Under the pieces are notes generated by a model. It searched no databases, was not told the origin of the DNA, and saw nothing but the letters and a program-made list of their open reading frames with translations. Of a stretch of DNA of 64,000 nucleotides, positions 27,186 to 38,627 are shown one piece after another. The first letter of the stretch is position 1. Each line of letters opens with the position of its first letter. The position numbers were made by a program, and so were the translations under genes. Origin of the DNA: Blasia pusilla (taxonomy: Eukaryota); the NCBI GenBank assembly GCA_050084515.1, contig CM114271.1, positions 49,600,001-49,664,000 on the forward strand. The letters are read 5' to 3'.

Positions 27186-28485
27186 AGCAAGAAGATACTC
27201 ACGTGTTCATGGCATGCATTGCCATCTCCACCGTTGCCATGTGATGAGGGAATGGATGAAGGACCACTGCCTTCACGCAAAAATGTGCCTCCAAGGAGTT
27301 GGGCCGCTCCTCTGCAAACTTGGTCCACGCCATGAACGTGTGATTTCCATCCCAGATGAAGAAATACAGATTCCTCATCCAGCTGAATTCCGTGCCCTCT
27401 ACTTGCCTTCTAAAATCCTGGTCTCTCATCCTCCAGAATGTGTCAAGCTTATCCAACTCCTCCTCCGTAACCAAGGCTTGGGTTCCATGCTCATCGTAAG
27501 GCTGAACATAGAAGGGAGGAAAGCTGTCGACGTAGGATGCTGTCGCCGCCGATTGTTTAAGCTTCGCGATGTCCTCGTCGGAATGAATTTCGCGGACGTA
27601 TTCCATTGTCCGCAATCGGCAGAGTGGAATCCTCGCGGCGTTGTGGCCCTCCATGAGTGCCATTTGCTTTACCACTTGTCAAAACCGGGACAAGATCAAT
27701 AAGCTACACTGAATTCCCAATGAATTGCAATTCACATAATTCAAAAAACCCAGATCCTCTCTTACCCGCTCAAAAATTGGGTCGGTTTCTTGACCAACCA
27801 ACTTGTCTGAGACAGAAGCTGGCAAATCGATTGGGAAATCGTTGATCGGATAGAGGTCGATGTCTTCCACCGGGCTTGGAGACGAGAATGACCGCTCTCC
27901 GGCTTCTTCGGCAATGTCCACCATCTCCACGCTGGCGGTCCTCATGACCTCGTCGTCCGTGATTTGAACTTCTGGCGTTTCCGCTATGTTGATTGTGTTC
28001 CCGGACTTCATTGGGGACATTTCCCGCATCTCAACACTTTCGGTTGGATAGGCAGGGCTATCGTCAATGGCTATCGCTTTTTCCCTCCTCGCTTTAGCCA
28101 ATTCTGCTCTCCTCACTGACGCGTCTAGACGCTTCTTTTCTCTCTTTTCGTCGGCGATCCTTTTCTTCAAGGCCTGCGACGTCTTAGCCTCTGCGTTCTG
28201 TCTATCGAGCGCCTCTTGAACACGTCTCGCAAGAAGCTCCTGGTTGTGCATCTCCGCTTCCCTTTCCCGCTCCTCGATTTCCTGCTGCCTAATTTCATTT
28301 GCCAAACGAGGCCCTGGAGATGCAGACGCAGGAGTCCTAATGGACTTCGGAGTGAAGCTCCTAGACTTGTTTGCTTCTGATTTTTTCCTCGTCATTTTTT
28401 CCGGAAATGCCTCCACCTATGTCCACGATGAATCGCTTGATCAGTCGCCTTGCTGATGTCGAGATGAGTCGCCTTGATGGGTAGC

Positions 28486-28585
28486 TCGAATCGTCTCGCG
28501 ATCGTTCAGTCGAACCGTCTTGCTCTCGTTCGGTCAAACCGTCTCGCTCTCGTTCGGTCGAACCGTCTCGCTCTCGTTCCCTCGT
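28486..28585. repeat. 24-bp tandem repeat (~4 units) in putative 5' UTR
   Basis: tcgaaccgtctcgctctcgttcgg repeated; appears as SNRLALVR x4 in the ORF track. Confidence 0.85.
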
Positions 28586-28702
28586 ATCGACTCGCGATGA
28601 CTCGCCGTGTGAAACGCCCCTTGGTATCTGATCAGTTGCTGCGCGGGAGAGAGAGGAATGGAGATCGCGAAATGAGAAACCGGAAATGAGCGATTTCTGC
28701 CC

Positions 28703-28710
28703 TATTTATA
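28703..28710 (-). promoter_or_regulatory. Putative TATA box of ParB-MTase-like gene (copy A)
   Basis: TATAAATA on the minus strand ~290 bp upstream of the ORF start, conserved in copy B at 37199-37206. Confidence 0.55.
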
Positions 28711-28799
28711 CTTTTCTAGCCGTCGGGCTGACTGTTGGGTCCTGTTGTCCTTTCGACGGCGACGTGCCGCAGGTTACCGAAATCCGGACGTGAAAAAAT

Positions 28800-29420
28800 G
28801 GCAACCCGTCGGAGTCCGACAGGTTGCGCGCCTTCGCCGTCCTGGGTACATTGCCACGTGCGCGAGCAACCTGTCAAAGACCGACGGGTTGAGCGCCTCC
28901 GCCGTCTTTGGACAAGAACACGAGGTACCCACGCAACCCGTTGGAGACCGACATGTTGCGCGCCTCCGGCGTCTTCGGACAAGAACGGGACGTACCCGCA
29001 CAATCCGTCGGAGACCGTTGGGTTGCACGCTTCCCTCGTCAAGGGTTAACAACGCGGGCTTCCCACGCAACTCGTCGGAGTCCGACAGGTTGCACGCTTC
29101 CTTCATGTAAGCACCACAAGGCGAGGCCCTTGCGCAACCCCGTCGGAGGGCGACGGGTTGCACGCCTCGCCGTCTTTGGGCAAGTAAGTGCGGCATCCGC
29201 GGAACTCGTCGGGAACAAATGGTTTGCACGCCTCCGGCATCTTTGGGCAAGAAGGAGCGGTATCCGAGCAACTCGTCGGAGAGCGACGGGTTTCCAGCTT
29301 TGACCATGTTTGCGTTTGAAGGTAAGGCAGAAGCGTGCAACCCGTCCGAAGCCGATGGGTTGCAGGCTTCGCTTAGCTTGGGTTAATTGTTGACTTACTA
29401 GGACTCCGATGGGTTCCAAC
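28800..29420. repeat. Upstream (promoter-side) palindrome cluster, copy A
   Basis: Repeated GCAACCCGTCGGAG(T/A)CCGAC..GTTGC variants with related GC-rich spacers. Confidence 0.88.
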
Positions 29421-31819
29421 AAAATGAAGTGTGCTTCGCAACCCACGTCTCTGCTTCCCAAATCCGGTAACACATTGCAACAGAATTGAATGTGTTGCAA
29501 CAGAATTGGATCCATTGTGTCAGACAATGTCACCTACCGAATTCATCTTGTTAGTAAAAAAATCATCAGAGTATCTGTTTTCCTATTCACTATAAATTAA
29601 AAATTCTCATTCTCATTCTCATTCTTTTTCTCATTCTCACCCTCCTTCCGTACGAAATTTCTAGGAATGGATAATTATGTTAAGCTCACTTGTGGCAGTC
29701 ATCTGGCGGCCCTTCCTCAATCAGAAATCATTCGACCCCAAGCTCGTGAGTCTTTCATAGCAGTGGATGAAAATTTTCTCTCTGTTCGATTTCTTCTCCA
29801 AATTGGAACCATCTTTGTATCCAAAGATGTTAGGGTGGACGGTACGGAAGACATAATAGGTGAGACGGTCCAGCCAGTGACCTCAGACCGTAAAGTATGG
29901 AATCTCCTACCTCTAGCAAATGGTCAATATAGAGTTTACGGCCTGCCCCTGAATTCGTTTGTTTCCCAAGTAGACGGTCTAGAATTTCCTAGTGCTCCGA
30001 GCTCTACGTTTGCAACTCCAAGCTCTGCAGATCCGGGGGCTGGTATTCTGGCAGGAGAGAGTAAGAGAGGAGAGGAAGAGAGGAAGAGAGGAGAGTCTCT
30101 CTTAAAAAAAAAGGGCCAAATCCGCCTCCTCTTCTCAAAACTTTATGACATATTTGAAATTTTTGTTTGCTTTCAAATCCATGAAATCTTTAGAAGAGAG
30201 TAGGTAGTGGTCCACATTTGGCCCTAAAAAAACCTCCTTTTTCCTTGGGGCGAAAAAAAAATAGACATCATAAGACCACTACAAACATTTTGTGATCTCC
30301 TCATCTCGGTCAACAAAAAGCAGTGCCCTTGGTATTTTTGTTGGAGGACCACCCGGATGCTTACCCTAAGCATCTACTCCAAGGCATCTACTGCCTGAAA
30401 TTTCTACCTCATCTACTTCTGAACCTGCCCTAACTAAAGCCTCTTGAGCAACATTGATGGCATAGGATCGACTTGTCTCTTGGACATGCTTGAAGGTGAG
30501 ATCTACCACTATATTCTTCCCATGCTTGCTTCTTCTCAATCTGGTTCGAGCCCCGCCCTCAGTTCACACCTCCACTTAGCTCCACCTACACAAATCTTCC
30601 AGAAATCACTCCTTGGATCCTCTCAACTCCATAGATCTCTCCCTTGGATTCTCAAGCTTTATGGCCTTCAAATGAGGTCCTCTAGGCTTCCATGAGGAAT
30701 CTTCTAGCCCACAAGAGTCCAAGCATTTGAGCTCAGCCTCCATTGACCTCTTCTTAGCCCCTTATTCTTCATTTCTTGGCCCTAACAATCAGATCCACCC
30801 CCTTGGTTCAAACCCTCCTCTACAACAACAATCAAGCACTCTATCTCCTTCATTGGATACCCTGGAGACTCCCTAGTGCCTACACCATTTCCCTTGTCTC
30901 CTCTAGGCTTGAGGTCAATGGAGTGACTTGGCTGCATTATCACCTTGTACAATCTTCTTGACTTGTTCTTGGACAGCCTGCTGCTGGGCCTTTCTCTTGC
31001 ACCACCTCCACAAGTCCAAAAAACATATTCCAGAAAACTTTTACAAACACCATTATGGGTTCAAAAAATCTCGTCCTTTATTACCTCCGAAGGAACCTCG
31101 GAAATGTACATTGAACCTAGTCTATGATTTCTTCAACCTCGTCATCTACAAATTTACTCCTAACTCTCCTCGGTGACAGTACCAAAGGAATGTCCTGGGA
31201 TTCAAGTGGCTCCTCTGGCCGGTTGTAGACGGGGATCGAAAATGTTGGCGTCGAGAGCCTTGGGCCCCCCCTAGGTACACCATAACGGTCCCATGTAACC
31301 TGTCTCGAGTCCCACCGCCTTCCTCGGCAGTATACCTTGTACGCTCTGCAATGTGACACCCATCAAGTATCAATATGAGCTCCGTCCCCGGTAATACCAC
31401 TATGGCAACCGCACAGGTAGAAGGAATCCAACACGTCTGAGAGAAGAAAAGAAGCCTACGCCTGCCTTTACGAGTTGAGGGGAAGGTGCCAAGGGAAGAA
31501 GCCCGCCAAATTGCCTGATCCGAAAGGGTCCGATCAGGCAACCTGTCGGAATCAGACAGGTTGCCTGGAGGTGGTAAAAAGGGTCCAGTGGTCAAAAAGC
31601 GAAAAGTTGCAAGGAGGAGAAATCCGACGGGTTGCAGTGGTCATAAAGTGAAAATTGCAAGCAGGAGAAATCCGACGGGTTGCAAAGTAGAAGACCGTGG
31701 AGTACATAGACGATCACATTCGAAAAGACAAAATGATCACTAAACATTTACAAGCACCACCATCGATCGAAAAAGTCTTCTGCTTTATATCATCCGAAAA
31801 AAGCTCGGAACTGTACATT

Positions 31820-34800
31820 TGATCTATTCTATGAAATCTTTTGCCAAATTATCAAAAAAATCCCTACTCCAAACAAGCAGCTGCGGTCAAGCCGGTCGTT
31901 GAGTTCTTTGAACTCACTCGTCATCGTCGAGAGCTCTTGCAAAATTACTTTCGGCCTTGCCCTCCCGATTTTCGAATCGTTGGAAGTGACGATGGAGTCA
32001 CTACCAAGGGTGGCTGGAACCGAGCTCGGCTTCGTGGAGAGTTGTACGCCCAACGAGCCTTTCGTATTCTCCCTTTGCCTCCTTGCAAAGGTCAAAGCGA
32101 TTCGCCTTCCCTCGAGGCGAGAATGTTCTGCCCACTCGCCAAGCGCCCGATACTCGCCCGTGAAAGGCCCACTAAGTCGAACACCAAGTCACCCGGCCTT
32201 GAGCGAGCTCGATGAGCGTTGCATCGGTCGGGCGACTTTTCCTTCCTCCCGAAGCGGGTATCTTTGTCTTGCATGTAAATTCCGGGGAATTGTACAAACT
32301 ATCTAAGTTGTACCCATCGAGCATGGATCCACAGGATCCTGGATCTTGAACACTGGAAATTGTGCTCGGGCGAACGAAGCGATGAGACGTAGGAGTGGTC
32401 CATCCAAATCAAAGACGAAACAATGTCAGAAACTAAAGAAGTCGCCTTGAGAAGATTTTCAATAACTGACTTTGGATCAACCTGTCGGAGTCCGATGGGT
32501 TGTTTTGTCTCGGACCCACCCGTCGGAACCCGACGGATTGCAATTGCTTTTGGGTTTTCCAAGTTGATTTTGGTTTTCGGATGCAACCCGTCGGAAGGCG
32601 ACGGGTTGCTGGCCTAGACCAGCCCATGCTCGCCTGAGAGCAACCTGTCTGATAGCAACCCGTCGCTATTAGATGGGTTGCATCCAAAAACCAAAATCAA
32701 TTGCAACCCGTCGAGTTCCGACGGGTTGCAGGTACACCGCGGTTTTCCCTCTTTATGTGGGAAAGATGCAACCCGTCCGAAACCGACGGGTTGCTCTCAG
32801 CCCGAGCATGGGCGCTCTAAGAACCCGACAACCGTCGCCTTCCGACGGGTTGCTCACTGACAAAAAACCCAGGATCGACTCTCATTCTACACATCATTAT
32901 AAGATAATTGAAATTATTATACAGAATATAGCCTACCCGAATCGACTCGTTGCGGATCGGAGTGGGTACTCATTTTTATGATCCATGATTGTGCCGTCCT
33001 CCACTTTAGCGACCTCTTGACGACCTTTGGAGGTTGAAGATCTCATCCTCGCTCCCTCCGGTCAACACCAAGAAGCAGCCCCTGTCACTCGAGATAGGCG
33101 TCGCAAAGGAGAACAAAAGTGCAATCTGGTCATAAGTGAGCGGCGATTCCACTCGGTACCTCGTCCGCAGGATTTTCACCCCAAAGTCGCAACCCGAGGG
33201 CAGATCGGCGATCAAGAGATCCACCGCAACCTCTTCCACCACTCCATTCACCGCCCGGCAGCGTGCCCGTTTGTTGGAGCTTCCTTCCCAGCGTTGTCAA
33301 TTTTTCGATGGCGTTGTCGACGCTTGAGAAGCGAAAGTATTCGGCTCATCCAAGAAAGAGGTGTGGCGAAGGAGGACGCTTGTCCGGTCGTTGTTTTTCT
33401 GTGTCTTCCCAAGGATGATGGGCTGTATTCTCCTTGGGACAACCGGGCACCTCTCGCTTCCGCTTCTCTCTAGTCTGGGGACGGCTTGTCGGGGTTTCGA
33501 TGACCTCGGATTCTGGTGGCGTTTTTCTCGCCGAGGACCTGGTCCGACCCTCTCTTCCCGCTCGTCCGGACGATTCCGCCTCTGGCCTCTCATCTTCAGG
33601 CTCTCTTTGGGAAGTCTCGGCCTCTGAATTTTTCCCTCCCCTCGCCTTGCCTTTGAGACCATTTGTGGATTTGTCTTTGCTGTCCAGGACCTTGAAGCCA
33701 ACTCAACTGTCTCGTGGGCCCGCTCTTCTGCATCTCCTCCGAAGAAGTCTTCAGTGGACAAAATTGGGGATGTCGTCTTGTCGAGCCCCATCGCATCATG
33801 AAGCACTCGTAAGTCCTTATCCGCAATGTCTTCTGGTGCGTTGAAGTCGAGCCAAATGGGGCAATTCTCCACCTCCCAATCGGACATGTCTTTGCCCCAT
33901 CTCCACGTCGTACATGGAGAATGTCTCGCATCCGGCGAAGCCCACAATTTCAAGGCTACCGGCAATTTTCCCCACGCACTGTGTTCTTACACTAATGGGA
34001 CGAGGTACTGAATACCATCCGTTGGCGCTTTTAGTCGAACATTATCGGCCGTCGCTCTGTAGATCTCGCTTCTTCTTCTTGATCCCGTTTGTTACCCTCT
34101 ACTTCTTCGTCAAGCTCTGCGAGGAGGGCGCAAACCTTGAACATGGTCTTGAATCCGGGGTTCTTGGTTGGCTTGTCGGATGTCGTCGAGCCAAACCTCG
34201 TAATCTCCGAACTTTCAAGGTTTGCTTCGGCGAATGGGCTCTAATCTTCGAGCTCCGCTTGCGGCACCGTCCCAAAGACAAACTTCCCGATTACCCAACG
34301 CGCCCGGTAACGACCATTCGCGTAGCCAATGCGAGATCACTGGATCGGACACACCTGGAGGATGGTGTGCCGCCCTCTTCTGGGCCTTTGAGCCCTCGAG
34401 ATTGATTTTCATCAGTCGTATCCTCCTGAACTCACTAATCCCGGATAACGCAAAACGATGCACGCGATCCAGCGACACTTTCTCCCCAATCCGACCATGC
34501 GGATCTTCATCCCTCTTCGACGCTTGATAATCGCCTTGAGCTCCTTGTAGAACTCCGGACCAACTTCGGGGTTGAGAATGCTGATGTATCGCTGCATCTT
34601 GCTCGCCGTGTATTTTGTTGCAGCAGATACAGCAGCTTGGATGAATTTGGCGCGTTCAGACGCAGATACCTTCTCCCTCCGCTCCAGCTCTAGTGCAGCG
34701 CTTTTCTTCGCGGCCTGTATCTTCGACCAGCAAAGGATGGTTACGGCTGCATCTTGAGAAATAAACTTGTTTGCCCAAGTTTTCTTCTTAATTTGAGCAC

Positions 34801-36950
34801 CCTTTGCAAGCATCTGATTGACGAGGGCATCACCCAAGAACCCCCTGTACTCTCCCGGGTGCGTCGTAAGCACCTTCCTCACCCGATCGCAGTCTTGGAT
34901 CCAATGGTGGGTAACATTTCCCTCCGATACAATCCTGCACATCCAAACTCAACCCGTCAGGAAATTACATGGGTTCTTGCAACCCGTCGGACTCCGACGG
35001 GTCGTCACAGCTCAGCAACGGATTCTAGCAACAAGCTAAATGATGCAACCCGTCGGAGTCCGACGGGTTGCATTCAGATTTGCTAATGCCAGGTAAGCAA
35101 CTCGTCGGACTCCGACGGGTTGCTGGACTGCACGCTTTTTCGGATGTTTTTTTAAGATTGCAACTCGTCGGACGCCGACGACTTGTATGATTGAACATAG
35201 ATTTAACTAGTTGTTGGCCCAAAGCAAACCGTCGGAGTCCGATGGGTTGCTCGATAGGCCGCCTTGTGAGGTTGTTTTTTTAAGAATGCAACTCGTCGGA
35301 CTCCGACGACTTGTATGATTGAACATAGATTTAACTAGTTGTTGGCCCAAAGCAAACCGTCGGAGTCCGATGGGTTGCTCGATAGGCCGCCTTGTGAGGT
35401 TGTTTTTTTAAGAATGCAACTCGTCGGACTCCGACAAGTTGCTCGAGTGACTGCAGGTTTAGAAGGTTTTTGCCCAAAAGCAACCCGTCGGAGTCCGACG
35501 GGTTGCTTGCCTCGAATCTATTTTTCCCTAATCAACCCGTCGGAGTCCGACGGGTTGATTTCGGCCAAAAACAGTTTCGAGGCAAGCAACCCGTCGGACT
35601 CCGACGGTTTGCTTTGGGCCAAAAACTAGTTAAATCTATGTTCCATCAAACAAGTCGTCGTAGTCCGACGAGTATCAATCTTAAAAAGACATTCGGAAAA
35701 CCGTGCAGTCTAGCAACCCGTCGGAGTCCGACGAGTTGCGAAAGTGTTAAAGATACTTACGTGTTCATGGCATGCATTGCCATCTCCACCGTCGCCATAT
35801 GATGAGGGTATGGGTGAAGGACCACTGCCTTCACGCAGAAATGTGCCTCCAATGAGTTGGGGCGCTCCTTCGCAAACTTGGTCCACGCCATGAACCTGTG
35901 ATTTCCATCCCAGATGAAGAAATGCAGATTCCTCATCCAGCTGAATTCCGTGCCCTCAACTTGCCCTTCAAGTCCTGGTCTCGCATCCTCCGAATGTGTC
36001 AAGATTTTCCAAGTCCTCCTCGGTAACGAGCTTGGGTTCCATGCTCGTCGTAAGGCTGAACATAGAAGGGAGGAAAAAAGCGTCCACGAGGATGTTGTCG
36101 CTGCCGATTGTTTTAGCTTTGCGATGTCCTCGTCGGATCAGATTTGCGGACGTATTCCATTGTCCTTGCAGAGTGGAATCCTCGGGCGTTGTGGCCCTCC
36201 ATGAGTGCCATCTCGCTTTACCACCGTCGAACGGGACAAGAGGAATAAGCTACACTGAAATCCCAATGAATTGCAATTCACATAATTAAAAAACCAGAAC
36301 CTCTCTTACCAAATCGAAAATAGAGTCGGTTTCTTGACCAGCTAACTTGTGCGAGACAGGGGTGGCAAATCGACCGGGAACTCGTCGATCCGATAGAGGT
36401 TGATGTCCTCCGCCGGGCTTGAGTCGAGAATGACCGCTCTCCGGCTTCTTCGCCATGTCCACCATCTCCACGCTGGCGGTCCTCATGACCTCGTCGTCAT
36501 CGAGTTGAAGCGGTGTTGTTTCCACTATGTTGATTGTGTCCCGGACCGTGGGGACATTTCCGCATCTCAACACTTGCGGTTGGACGGCTGGGCTATCGTC
36601 AATGGCTATCGCTTTTTCCGCTCGCTTTAGCCAATTCCGCCCTCCTCACCGACGCGCCCAGGCGCTTCTTTTCTCTCTTTTCGTCGGCGATCCTTTTCTT
36701 CAAGGCCTCGACGTCTCGGCCTCTTCGTTCGTTTATCTAGCGCCGCTTGAACACGCGTCTCGCCGAAGCACTTGGTTGTGCATCTCCGCTTCCCTTTCCC
36801 GCTCCTCGATTTCCTGCTTTGCCTAATTTCATTCGCGAACGTGGCGCAGAGAGAAGTCGACGCAAGAGTCCTAATGGACTTGGGAGTGAAGCCCGGACTT
36901 GTTGGCTTGTGTTTTTTTCCTCGTCATTTTTGCGAAAATGCCTCGCCTAT
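31820..36950 (-). pseudogene. ParB/Srx-like + beta-class amino-MTase-like gene (copy B, heavily frameshifted)
   Basis: FFIWDGNHRFMAW; VDLLIADLPS (~33195-33224, motif IV-like); RPGDLVFDLVGLSRASIGRLASGQNIL (motif I-like). Intron 34935-35760 has a GTAAGT donor and TGCAG acceptor. Confidence 0.7.
34950..35740. repeat. Intronic array of ~27-bp palindromes (copy B)
   Basis: About 13 units. Includes a direct duplication (~35150-35280 vs ~35280-35410) and inverted spacer copies. Confidence 0.92.
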
Positions 36951-38573
36951 GTCCACGATTTAATCCCTTGATCGATCGCCTTGCTGATGTCGAGATGGGA
37001 GCTCGTCTCGCCTCGGTGGTTAGCTCGAATCGTCCTCGATATCGCCGGTCGAACCGTCTCGCTCTCGTTCCGTCCCTATCGACTCGCGATGTGTCGCCGC
37101 GTGAAATGCCCCTTCAGATCGATCGCTCTCTGGCGGGAGAGTGAGGAGTGAGGAATGAAGATCGCAAAATGAGAAACCGGAAATGAGCGACTTCGCCCTA
37201 TTTATACTTTTCTAGCCGTTGGGTGACCGTTGGGTCCGTCGTCCCTTCGACGGCGGCGTGCGAATGTTACGGAAGTCCGGACGTGAAAAATCGCAACCCG
37301 CCGGAGTCCGACAGTTGCGCGGCCCGCCATCTCCTGGGTGCGCCGCCACGTCGCGCGAAAGCAACCCGTCGGAGCCCGACGGGTTGAGCGCCTCCGTCGT
37401 CTTCGGAAAAGAACGCGAGGTACCCACGCAACCCGTCGGAGACCGACATGTTGCGTGCCTCCGCCATCTTGCGAACGTCGCCACGTGTGCGAGCAACCCA
37501 TCGGAGACCGACGGGTTGAGCGCCTTCGTCGTCTTCGGAAAACAACACGAGGTACCCGCGCAAGCCGTCGGAGACCGACATGTTGCGCGCCTCCGCCATG
37601 TTTGGGACGGGAACGGGACGTATTTTGGGCAATCCGTCGAAGATTGTTGGGTTGCACGCTTCCCTTATCAAGGGTAAGGAACGATGGCTTCCCGTGCAAG
37701 TCGTCGGAGTCTGGCTGGCTGCTCCCGACTATTTGACTACTCGGAAAAACTAGGGTTTTTACCTATTTTTCTTCGTTTCTATTAATTGAAAAAAAATTCC
37801 CGCACCATGATGCAATATAGGGTAAGATAAACCTAGTAACACTACTCCTAAAACCACCTACGTCATATTACTATGACTCCTCCGACGTCTAAGTCGGAAC
37901 CATCAATCTAGGCTTCTCCTCATACAAGGGGGCCGATCAGATTAATGGTGCTTAGAGAAGTGGATGTTGAGAATCCAACATAGTCTGGCATTCATTCCCA
38001 CTCCACCGCCCTTAATTCAAGATGGCAAGGGACTTCTCGATAGCCTCCATTCTTCAGCCAATAGGCCTTTAAACTTGACCTCTCAATTTTTAATAGTTGG
38101 GCAATTTTCTTTCTTAAGAACTCAGGATCCAAAACAGGTGCACCAACATAGATATAGGATTTATTTATGTAGTTGGTAACCATTGCCATACTCATAGGGT
38201 CTTGTCTACTTATCTCAATACATGACAAATCAAGATAACGCATGACTTATACTTTGAGATCACTCAACCAAGGCTCATAACCATGAAACTTGTTTTCACG
38301 ACACCCATTTGGTTTTAACTCGCATCGAGGTTTCAAATTCAGATCCTTATGTTTATTAACTTCATTTGTCCATACATCATGCTTGGATCTACTTTCCCTA
38401 CCCCTTGCATAAGTAGTAACAGTGGGACAATATGGAAATCTGAGTAAAATCACAAAATCAGAAAAACTTAAATTGCACTTTAGCAAAGTGGGAGCCCTTA
38501 AAAATTTTACTGACCAGAATTCTAGCTTTGGACAATTAATGTAGGCTAGTAAACGTGTTGAAAATTGTGGTAT

Positions 38574-38577
<4 letters not shown>

Positions 38578-38623
<46 letters not shown>
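38578..38623. repeat. (GA)n microsatellite
   Basis: Direct repeat run. Confidence 0.95.

Positions 38624-38627
<4 letters not shown>

Larger units (their letters stand above)
24250..28416 (-). pseudogene. Spliced gene for coiled-coil + ParB/Srx-like + beta-class N4/N6 DNA methyltransferase-like protein (copy A, internally deleted)
   Basis: FFIWDGNHTFMAW (ParB/Srx DGNHR-type motif). The last exon reads EISPALMQTLIELCSRPGDLVFDLVGL.GASIKGA.QSGRNIL, like the N6_N4_Mtase C-terminus. GT-AG introns at 26541-27202 and 24847-25403, and probably ~27676-27765. Confidence 0.7.
22480..29570 (-). mobile_element. Unclassified palindrome-rich element, copy A (ParB-like/amino-MTase-like gene)
   Basis: Collinear with 30030-37730. 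Its right end is homologous (reverse complement) to 47265-47640. No transposase, TIR or LTR recognised, so mobility is inferred only from the multiple copies. Confidence 0.6.
30030..37730 (-). mobile_element. Unclassified palindrome-rich element, copy B
   Basis: Collinear with copy A. Retains ~0.85 kb (33000-33855) that is missing in A, has many 1-3 bp indels, and is truncated near 37730. Confidence 0.6.

Noticed and set aside
28716-29533. Many overlapping ORFs with TRRSPTGC / QPVGLRRVA / NPSESDGL peptides (also 24932-25396, 35025-35802, 37202-37736)
   Set aside because: These are translations of the GC-rich palindrome in all six frames, not genes.
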